Below, in pieces: positions 16,845 through 24,072 of a stretch of DNA of 32,804 nucleotides. Under the pieces are notes generated by a model. The model saw nothing but the letters and a program-made list of their open reading frames with translations, did no database searches and was not told where the DNA came from. How positions within the stretch are numbered: position 1 is the stretch's first letter; each line of letters opens with the position of its first letter. Source of the stretch: a virus (taxonomy: Duplodnaviria > Caudoviricetes); the IMG/VR virus record IMGVR_UViG_3300037762_000215, positions 1-32,804 of that record; one strand, 5' to 3'. Made by a program: the position numbers and the translations under genes.

Positions 16845-17032
16845 GCCTGCCCCTCCCGCCCGCGCTGGTGGTTGCGGATCTCGGCGTCGCAGTCCGTCAT
16901 ACGGGAGTGGTCCCCGGCGGCTGTAGCCTCGGCCCACTGCTTGACCAGCGCCGCACACACGCCGCAGCCCGGAACCGGGGCGGGCGGCTCGGCGGGCAGT
17001 TGGAGGTGCACGGGCGGGTCCATGCTCGTCAT
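16841..17032 (-). CDS. Small Cys/His protein
   Basis: PVPGCGVC..L...GDHS..TDC...IRNH; ATGA overlap. Confidence 0.7.
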   Translation of the reverse strand: MTSMDPPVHLQLPAEPPAPVPGCGVCAALVKQWAEATAAGDHSRMTDCDAEIRNHQRGREGQA

Positions 17033-17640
17033 CGGCCGGCCCTTCCCCATACGGCGATACCGGCCTGGCGGAGGGTCGTCGTCAGCTCATCACGGATATC
17101 CTGCGCGTCTGGCAGAAAAAGGGGCGCTCCGGTCAGCTCGTCCCAGGGCGGGGTATCCCACGTCACCCCATGGGAAGGCGGGAGAGCAACCCACTGGTCC
17201 GGGCCAGTCCGCACACGCACCGCACCGCTGGCCCCAGTGCCCAGGGCCGGAGCCGCTGTACCCGGCGCCACGATCAGCGCAGCCCGATCCATACTCGCCA
17301 GGCACGGAACCTGAGCGTGACGGTCAAGTAAGACCATGGCGGCCATAGCGATGTCCCGCGGCAGCACTACGGCGTCGAACCGCAGCGTGGGCGCGATGAC
17401 TGCCGCTCCGGGCGCGGCCCGGAACTCGTCGGTGATGCGGTCTGCTGGGCTGGGGAGAACCGTGCGGGTCAGCGGGTGCGCCCCCGGGGCCGGGCACGGC
17501 TCGGCGGTCGCGTCATCGCGGCACGTGCATCCCCCGCGGGGCCGGTAGCGGTGCCCTCGGGCGACAGGCCATCCGAGGAGCACCGAGTAGGTGTACGCGC
17601 TGGCTGTGGTGTCGCGGGTCTGTGGCAGCGGCGCAGGCAT
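17029..17640 (-). CDS. Bifunctional DNA primase/polymerase N-terminal-like protein (divergent)
   Basis: GWPV..G...CTC....CPAPGAHP...FDAV...VALPPS...W: the Prim-Pol-like signature. Confidence 0.7.
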   Translation of the reverse strand: MPAPLPQTRDTTASAYTYSVLLGWPVARGHRYRPRGGCTCRDDATAEPCPAPGAHPLTRTVLPSPADRITDEFRAAPGAAVIAPTLRFDAVVLPRDIAMAAMVLLDRHAQVPCLASMDRAALIVAPGTAAPALGTGASGAVRVRTGPDQWVALPPSHGVTWDTPPWDELTGAPLFLPDAQDIRDELTTTLRQAGIAVWGRAGR

Positions 17641-17713
17641 GCCATCCCCCATGTGATCGTCTGTGCACGGATAGTGACGTGCCATGGAGCGTGCCGCACA
17701 CAAACGACCGCGC

Positions 17714-17732
17714 CCCCCAGAAATCCTGGGGG
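17714..17732. promoter_or_regulatory. Palindrome upstream of the cargo operon (operator candidate)
   Basis: CCCCCAG-AAATC-CTGGGGG between the regulator stop codon and the Prim-Pol-like start. Confidence 0.4.
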
Positions 17733-17748
17733 CATTCAGAGAGCTTTG

Positions 17749-18993
17749 TCAGCGGATGAGTTCCATGCTCCTAACCAGCGACGACAGCGCTGACGCCTGG
17801 GATGGCACACCAACTCGTACCAGATCGGCCACCAGCGCGCGGGCCATCGGGTCCGCATACACGTAGTACGGGGCGCCCCGCGCCGCTTGCTTCAACGTCG
17901 TCACCGCAGCGGGTAGGCGCCCCATCTTCCTGAAAGCGCGGGCCTTGTCGATCTCATAGTGGGTCCGCCGCTCTCTCGACGGAACGGCCTTGATATCGAC
18001 CTCAGGCACCTTCGTCAGACCTTCGTCCGGCTGCTCCACCTCCACACCGACCTCGACGGCGTGCACCGCGACCGTTCCGCGACCGAACACCGTCTGCCGC
18101 TCGAGGTCGTGGAAGCCCGGGCCGAGCCGGTCCGCGTCCTCCAGCGCCGCGCCAATCCGGGACCAGGCATCCTCAGCCTGGTAGCTGCGCGCTGAGGCGA
18201 CAGCACAGCGCAGCATGAGAGCCCCGCGGAGGGACAGCGCGGCCTCCGGCGGGCGAGGAGCGGTAGCCAGCGGCTCGAGGTCACGCAGCGCCGCCTCAGC
18301 AACCGTCGTGACCTCCGGCAGCGTCGCCTGGTGCAGCAGCGCGCCGCAACGGTCCCAGGCCACCGCGGCCTTCACGATCGGGTCGTCAAGCTGAGTCGCG
18401 GCACCAGCGGCAACCTCAGCCGCAACCCACGCGAGATCCGGGTACCCCAGCTGATTGAGCGCCATTCGGGCGGTGCGCGCCGCGTCGGCCATGAGCCGCA
18501 GGGCTTCCTCCCGCGCCGCGCCCTCGCTCACCAGGAGCGCCGTATTCAGGTCTTCAACCATCGCAGGCAGGAGCCCAGCGACCTTCGGCAGGTTCGCCGC
18601 CTGCCGCGCCGCGTTAGCTTTCACCGACCGGTCGCGCATCGTGTCCGCGGTCGCTGCTACAGCCTGCGGGGTGAGCCCCGGGTGACCGGAAAGGATGAGC
18701 CCGGCGCGCCTCAACCCAGTACGTAGAGCAGGGATGTGCGCGTGAGCGAGTGACCCGCTGCCCCGCTGGAGCCGGTAAGGCTGGCCGAGGAGCCACACGA
18801 CATCAACGTCGCACAGGTCGGCGACGGCGGTGATGAGGGAGTAGCGGTCAAGGGGGAGGCGTCCTGCTTCGACATCCTGAACCCAGTGTTCCGATCGGCC
18901 GAGTTGGCCGGCCATCTCGGTCTGGGTGAGTCCTGCGGCATTGCGGGCGATGCGCACGCGCATGCCGATGTGTTCGTCAGTGCCCTGGGGCAT
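17749..18993 (-). CDS. XRE-family HTH regulator with a long helical (TPR-like) C-terminal domain
   Basis: IGMRVRIARNAAGLTQTEMAGQLGRSEHWVQDVEAGR, then about 330 aa of Ala-rich helical repeats; GGAG RBS before the ATG at 18993. Confidence 0.85.
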   Translation of the reverse strand: MPQGTDEHIGMRVRIARNAAGLTQTEMAGQLGRSEHWVQDVEAGRLPLDRYSLITAVADLCDVDVVWLLGQPYRLQRGSGSLAHAHIPALRTGLRRAGLILSGHPGLTPQAVAATADTMRDRSVKANAARQAANLPKVAGLLPAMVEDLNTALLVSEGAAREEALRLMADAARTARMALNQLGYPDLAWVAAEVAAGAATQLDDPIVKAAVAWDRCGALLHQATLPEVTTVAEAALRDLEPLATAPRPPEAALSLRGALMLRCAVASARSYQAEDAWSRIGAALEDADRLGPGFHDLERQTVFGRGTVAVHAVEVGVEVEQPDEGLTKVPEVDIKAVPSRERRTHYEIDKARAFRKMGRLPAAVTTLKQAARGAPYYVYADPMARALVADLVRVGVPSQASALSSLVRSMELIR

Positions 18994-19001
18994 ACTGAAC
19001 T

Positions 19002-19028
19002 CCGTTCTGCTTCGACACCAGAACGGTA
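19002..19028 (-). promoter_or_regulatory. Inverted repeat overlapping the -10-like TACCGT and the RBS of the XRE gene
   Basis: CCGTTCTG (19002-19009) / CAGAACGG (19019-19026). Confidence 0.4.
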
Positions 19029-19114
19029 CCCCTCGGCTCCTCGCTGGGGATGGACGATCGGCCCTCATCCACTCGGTGGGGGCCATCGTGCTGTACGGGC
19101 CCGGACGCACGAAG

Positions 19115-19158
19115 GCGCCCCCTGCCCGCCGGCCGTGAGGCCAGCAGACAGGGGGCGC
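19115..19158 (-). terminator. Terminator hairpin at the end of the late/lysis transcript
   Basis: 20-bp stem that pairs fully only on the minus strand (G:U pairs), with a 4-nt loop. Confidence 0.75.
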
Positions 19159-19170
19159 AGTCGCGCTGTG

Positions 19171-19359
19171 CTACTTCTCGCCGTGGTGCGGCTCGCAGGC
19201 CGGCGGCCGGAACCCGGGGTGCGGGTTCCCATGCTGACCCGGCGCGCACACCTTCGCCGGGTTCGTGCCACCCGGGCCCGGGTCCGCCGCAGCCGGACCA
19301 GCAGACACCGCCAGCGCCGCCACCATCAGCGCGACAGCGGCGAGGATCTTCTTCATCAT
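19171..19359 (-). CDS. Small secreted peptide (62 aa; Sec signal plus 37-aa Pro/Gly/His-rich mature part with 2 Cys)
   Basis: GGAGG RBS; MMKK + hydrophobic core + GPAAA cleavage site; mature DPGPGGTNPAKVCAPGQHGNPHPGFRPPACEPHHGEK. Confidence 0.8.
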   Translation of the reverse strand: MMKKILAAVALMVAALAVSAGPAAADPGPGGTNPAKVCAPGQHGNPHPGFRPPACEPHHGEK

Positions 19360-19382
19360 CTTGACCTCCATATCCCCTGGGC

Positions 19383-19595
19383 TCAGCCCAGGATGTGATT
19401 CGGTAGCCAGGCCAGCAGGCCGGCCACCACCCCGATAGCGCCAACGAACACTCCCGGATGCCGTCGCGCCCACGGGCGTATGTACTCGGACAGCGTGTCC
19501 CCGCTCCGCTTGGACACCAGCGCCCGGGCCTCCAGAACCACACCGACCAGCACCAGTAAGCCACCCACACAGAGCAGCGGACCCCACACCGTCAC
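19383..19595 (-). CDS. Holin-like membrane protein (2 TM)
   Basis: Two hydrophobic segments flanking GDTLSE; in the lysis cassette. Confidence 0.65.
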   Translation of the reverse strand: MTVWGPLLCVGGLLVLVGVVLEARALVSKRSGDTLSEYIRPWARRHPGVFVGAIGVVAGLLAWLPNHILG

Positions 19596-19861
19596 CGGTT
19601 CTCCTGCCGCTCGTCGTGGACCTCACGCACGGCTTCCTTCACACGCTGTTTCAGGATCCCGTTCGTGTTCTCGTGGATCTTCCCGAGCACCTTGTCCTGA
19701 CCGCGCAGATGGGTCGTCAGGAAAGCCGCCCCCAAGACGGGGCCGATCAGGGCCACATACTCGGCCGTGACCTCCCCTTGGATCGCCAGTGCCACATAAC
19801 CACCGACCGAGATACCGAAGATCGCCACCTGCGCGAGCAGCAGAGCCGCTTTCTCCCCCAT
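19592..19861 (-). CDS. Holin-like membrane protein (2 TM plus charged tail)
   Basis: Directly after the endolysin; two hydrophobic segments. Confidence 0.7.
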   Translation of the reverse strand: MGEKAALLLAQVAIFGISVGGYVALAIQGEVTAEYVALIGPVLGAAFLTTHLRGQDKVLGKIHENTNGILKQRVKEAVREVHDERQENR

Positions 19862-19866
19862 GATGA

Positions 19867-20778
19867 TCAGTCCTTCACGTCGAAGCCGTGCAGCTTGCCG
19901 AGCCTGGTCAGCGATGCCTTGCCGGGGATCCCGTCCGCCCCAGCGCCGGAGTAGCCGCGGCGCCGCTGCCAGGCGGCGTACGCGCGGATCGTGAGACTGC
20001 CGTAGTGCCCGTCCAAGTACCGCTTGGCGAGCAGGCCCTCGTCCACCAGCGCCGCCTCCACGATCCGCACCCCGCCGTACGACACCAGGGCTCCGGCCCG
20101 CGCCGGATCCGTGCGGGCCGCAGCGACCAGACGGGACAGGTCCACCACCGGCCGGGACGGCGCCGGCGGAGCGGCCACAGGCACAGGCTCGCCGATCCGC
20201 CCGGCGATCCGGTCACGCATCGACGCCATGGTGAACCCGCGCGGGTCGACCTTGCCCGGCTGCCACTCGCGGTGACCGATCACCGACCGGGCGCTCCATC
20301 CGTGTGCGCGGCACACCGCTGCCGACACGCGCTCGATCGCCTCCAGCTGCGCCGCGGGCCACGGGTCATTGCCGTCGCCGAGGTTGACACACTCGAAGCC
20401 GTAGAAGCGGGCGTTGCCGTCCGTGTTGGCCTCATCATCCGGCGGCAGGCTGGTCTCGCTGATGACGGCGCGCAGCACATCGTCGTCGCCGAGCCCAGCA
20501 TGGTTGGCGCGCCCGTAGCCGACCAGGTGAACGGTGCCGTCCTTGGCGATGACGCCGTGGCATAGCGGGCCCGGCAGGCCGCTGTAGCCGTCCCGGCAGA
20601 TCCGCACGCTGGTGTCGGTGCCGGAGGTGACGGTGTGGTGGATCATCACCCCGTGCACCGGACCCCACGGGCCCATGTGGTTCCGGTTGTGGGTGCGCCA
20701 GTCGCCGACCTCGGCAACCCGTACCCCCTCGGCCTTCAGTGCCTTCAGGAAGGCGTCAGCAGTGAGCGGTGTGGCCAT
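19867..20778 (-). CDS. Endolysin, N-acetylmuramoyl-L-alanine amidase with C-terminal PG-binding domain
   Basis: MIHHT, ANHAG, YGFEC, IGHREW..GKVDP; C-terminal DGHYG...WQ...ADGIPG; AAGGAGG RBS. Confidence 0.95.
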   Translation of the reverse strand: MATPLTADAFLKALKAEGVRVAEVGDWRTHNRNHMGPWGPVHGVMIHHTVTSGTDTSVRICRDGYSGLPGPLCHGVIAKDGTVHLVGYGRANHAGLGDDDVLRAVISETSLPPDDEANTDGNARFYGFECVNLGDGNDPWPAAQLEAIERVSAAVCRAHGWSARSVIGHREWQPGKVDPRGFTMASMRDRIAGRIGEPVPVAAPPAPSRPVVDLSRLVAAARTDPARAGALVSYGGVRIVEAALVDEGLLAKRYLDGHYGSLTIRAYAAWQRRRGYSGAGADGIPGKASLTRLGKLHGFDVKD

Positions 20779-20798
20779 GTGGCCCTCCTTGGGCAGCA

Positions 20799-20826
20799 GA
20801 AAACCCCGGGCCAATGGCGCCGGGGC
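20799..20826 (-). terminator. Hairpin with U-tract between the tail and lysis genes
   Basis: Minus strand GCCCCGGCGCCATTGGCCCGGGGTTTT. Confidence 0.45.
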
Positions 20827-20842
20827 GTGCGGTATGCGGGAG

Positions 20843-21376
20843 TCAGGCGATGCGGCGGTAGATCATGCGGGTCTGGTTGCCGCCGCGCAGGATCGTGTCG
20901 TGGGCGGCGGTCGCCGTGGCTTGGGCGAACATCATCGTGATCGTGTTGACGATGCCGTCCGTGGCGAACGTGCCGGAGTCGGTAGCGGAGTGGAAATTGG
21001 TCGGTGGACTGGTGGCGTCCGAGCCGCCAGCCTGCCTGTTCGTGGTGTGCGCCGCGCGCCGGAAGTTGACCAGTTGCCCGGTGTTGGCATCACCGGAGCT
21101 ACCCGGGTGGTCGATTGCCTGGGAGAACGAAGCAATCAAGGCGTTGGGCGCATCCCATTCCCAGAAGAATCCGGCTGTGGTCGTGGCACTGTAGGAGATC
21201 AACAGGGAGTACTCGTAAACCGCGTTCACCTCTGGCGTGAACGTGATTTGCGAGGCGGTTGGGGTTGAGCTGTTGGTGATGGTCTGGTCGTTTTCCTGTG
21301 TCAGGAGCGTGGCGATGAGGCTGTTCCAGCCGTCGGCGGTAATCGCCTGGCCGGCGTACAGCCGGGGGGTGGGCAT
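20843..21376 (-). CDS. Minor tail protein
   Basis: AGQAITA N-terminal motif, Thr-rich beta composition, last tail gene. Confidence 0.75.
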   Translation of the reverse strand: MPTPRLYAGQAITADGWNSLIATLLTQENDQTITNSSTPTASQITFTPEVNAVYEYSLLISYSATTTAGFFWEWDAPNALIASFSQAIDHPGSSGDANTGQLVNFRRAAHTTNRQAGGSDATSPPTNFHSATDSGTFATDGIVNTITMMFAQATATAAHDTILRGGNQTRMIYRRIA

Positions 21377-21388
21377 GCGCTCCTCCTT

Positions 21389-24070
21389 CTACAGGGCCAG
21401 TCGGGCGGGTTGGGCGAGGGATACCGGGGTCCCTGCGGGGTGTGCCTTGGCGACGGTGTTGACCGACCGTGTCGCGGTGATCCGCTGCGGGGTACGGATA
21501 TGCCAGGCGTCGTAGCTGATCTGCGGATTGACGTTGGTGTTCCCGCTGAATGCGGATCCGGTCACACCGACGGCGCCGGTAGCGATCGGATCCGTGGTGA
21601 TGGTCTGGTCGTTGTGCCACCTGACGGGCTCGAGTGCACTCGTAGGCCAGGCGCGTACCAGAACGCGGTGACCGATCAGGCGGGCCCGCAGCCAGAACAC
21701 ATCGCCCGGACCGTAGGTATAGGGCAGGGCCTCGGTGGAGCCGATGGCGGTGGTATCGCGGGTGATCGATACGAACATTGTCCCGCTGGTGCCGAAGTGC
21801 AGGCGGGCCCGGTAGTAGTTGCTGTTGTCCTGGTGGCGCAGCAGGATGCTCGGCAGCATGGAGGCCCCGGTGGCGACCTGGTCCACGCTCAGGCGGACCA
21901 GTACTTCGCAGTCGGCCACGGTCTCATCCACGCTCTGGAAGCGGATCGTGTCAGGGCTGGCCGCGAGGGTGATGATTCCGGCTGCGCCGTCCACGCTCCG
22001 GTCGGAGGCGGCGCCGCCAGTGTCGGTCCAGGTGTGCCCGGAGGTGGAGGTGCCCCAGGTGTCGGTCTCGCTGCGGTTGTAGTTGTCGTAGGCCAGCGGT
22101 TTGATCGCTGTGGCGCGTACGACTTCCCCGCCCAGTTTCAGGTCGAAGGGGACTTCGTCGGGGAATTGGTCGCCGGGTCCGGCTGTGGGCGCCCACGGCA
22201 TCCGGTCGAACGTCTCGTCGGGCGGGGTGTGCACGATGATCTCGGTATCGACTGCCCCGGCCGCGGCCGCGAGTTCGCTGCCGGATGTGTCGGCGCGGTT
22301 GGGGGCGTTCGGGCCCGCGGTGGTGGCGTCGGTGGCGAGTTGGGCGATGGTCCACAGGCCGCCGGGTGAGGTGTTGATCTTTACGTCCCAGCGGGATGGC
22401 CGGAAGGTCTCGGTGTAGCCCTCGGCGATCAGCTGGACGGTGTCCGCGGGGTGTTGCGGGGGCAGGCCGGTGATCTCGCCGAGGTCGCCGAGTTCGGTGT
22501 TCAGCCACTGCTCGGCCAGTTCGGGGCGCACGTTGATCGCGGGGCTGACGGCCGGGTAGCGCATGCCGGGCCAGGTGCCCTGGTGTACGCGCCATCCGGC
22601 CTGGCTGGGCAGCTGCTCATCGGAGGCGACGTTGAGGGTGACATCGTCGTCTTTCAGGCCGTGCGCTGCGATGTGTACCGGGTCGGTGACCTGCGCCTCG
22701 CCGCCGTCGATGCGGTTTGCGGTGACGTCGTTGCGCAGGCCCTGGTCGTCCAGGACCGGGGAGAAGGGATTGACGATGTCGCCTCTACCGGCGCTCTGGC
22801 CGTCCAGGGACCATACGGGGTTGCCGACGTGGACGTAGGCGGTGTGCGCCCGCCATACGGTGCCGTTGATGTAGCCGGTGCCGGTCAGGGCGATGGTGTG
22901 CCCGTTGTCCTGCACGGCGATGGTGCCGTATTGCTGGCGGCCCGGGGTGGATCCGATGTCATAGAGCGGGTCGGTGGAGCCGAAGTCGGAGTCCATCGAG
23001 GCGAGCATGTAGATCGGGAAGGCGCCCCAGGGATTGCCTGGCCCGGAGGAGATCGACAAGGAGTGCATGTCGGCGGTGAGCTGGATCATGCGGTCCAGCC
23101 AGCCCAGGTCGCCGAACATGTCGATCAGCTCGTCCCGCTCGTGCAGGAAGCTGTTCCAGGTGTCGGTGCCGGTGCCGTCAGCCAGCCAGCGGGACGGGGT
23201 GATCCATACCAGTGCTTCGGCGCTGGTGCTGGCGAGGAGGTTTTCCATCCATGTCTTCTGCGCCGAGCCGAGCATGGTTTTTGTGGGGGCTTGTGGGTCG
23301 GAGTTGGGGTCCCGGATGGAGCGGACATCGGAGGCGATGAACAGGACCCGGCCGACCTGCCAGGACTGGTAGATAGCGTCTGCGGCGGGCAGCGTGTAGT
23401 GCGGGACCCGTTCCCGGTATACCGCGTTGGCGTTCGCGTTCCCAGCGGCCGTCGAGTCGGAGTTGTTGGGCCCGAAGTCGTGGTCGTCCCACACGTAGGC
23501 CAGGGCGGTGTCACGGTAGAAGCGGCCCTGTCTGGCGTCGGCGCCGAGCGTGCCGTTGAACGTCAAGCTATCGTCGTACGCGGCTCGGTACAGCGCGCTG
23601 TCGGCGGTGGCGATGTTGCGGTAGTGCATGTCCCCCAGGTGAGCGAAGAACAGCCAGTCCTCGGCGAGGGCTTGGGTTCGCATCGTGTCGAAGACGGGAT
23701 TATCCGAGACTGCCGAGGTGATGTAGCTGTCATCCCCGGCACCGGTCAGGCCCGCGTCCCCGGCCGCGCCGATGATGAAGCTGGCGCGTTCGCCGGCGGC
23801 CACGGGGTGGGTGAGGAAGGTGCCGCTGAAGCCGGTGTCCAGGACGCTGTCGTCCTCGAGGGCGTAGTAGTAACGGGTGTTCGCGGTCAGGCCGGTGGCC
23901 TCGAGCGACACCATGCCATCAGCGGTCGGAGCATCCGGCCCGTAATAGATGGGCGCGGACAGGTCCGCGGACAGCGAAACGGCCAGCCGGGTGGATACGC
24001 CGGTCACCTTGCCGCGCACCCACGCCGCGGTGTCGGTGGTCGCTCCGACCCACACGTGCACCACCGACAT
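21389..24070 (-). CDS. Minor tail protein with N-terminal PhoD-like metallophosphoesterase domain
   Basis: AGDAG, HLGDMHY, WDDHDFG, MLGSAQKTW and TADMH motifs in aa 1 to about 415; then a tail-hub-like region (DDQGLRNDVTA...GMRYP), a beta-sandwich and TRSVN..AKAHPAG. Confidence 0.8.
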   Translation of the reverse strand: MSVVHVWVGATTDTAAWVRGKVTGVSTRLAVSLSADLSAPIYYGPDAPTADGMVSLEATGLTANTRYYYALEDDSVLDTGFSGTFLTHPVAAGERASFIIGAAGDAGLTGAGDDSYITSAVSDNPVFDTMRTQALAEDWLFFAHLGDMHYRNIATADSALYRAAYDDSLTFNGTLGADARQGRFYRDTALAYVWDDHDFGPNNSDSTAAGNANANAVYRERVPHYTLPAADAIYQSWQVGRVLFIASDVRSIRDPNSDPQAPTKTMLGSAQKTWMENLLASTSAEALVWITPSRWLADGTGTDTWNSFLHERDELIDMFGDLGWLDRMIQLTADMHSLSISSGPGNPWGAFPIYMLASMDSDFGSTDPLYDIGSTPGRQQYGTIAVQDNGHTIALTGTGYINGTVWRAHTAYVHVGNPVWSLDGQSAGRGDIVNPFSPVLDDQGLRNDVTANRIDGGEAQVTDPVHIAAHGLKDDDVTLNVASDEQLPSQAGWRVHQGTWPGMRYPAVSPAINVRPELAEQWLNTELGDLGEITGLPPQHPADTVQLIAEGYTETFRPSRWDVKINTSPGGLWTIAQLATDATTAGPNAPNRADTSGSELAAAAGAVDTEIIVHTPPDETFDRMPWAPTAGPGDQFPDEVPFDLKLGGEVVRATAIKPLAYDNYNRSETDTWGTSTSGHTWTDTGGAASDRSVDGAAGIITLAASPDTIRFQSVDETVADCEVLVRLSVDQVATGASMLPSILLRHQDNSNYYRARLHFGTSGTMFVSITRDTTAIGSTEALPYTYGPGDVFWLRARLIGHRVLVRAWPTSALEPVRWHNDQTITTDPIATGAVGVTGSAFSGNTNVNPQISYDAWHIRTPQRITATRSVNTVAKAHPAGTPVSLAQPARLAL

Positions 24071-24072
24071 GC

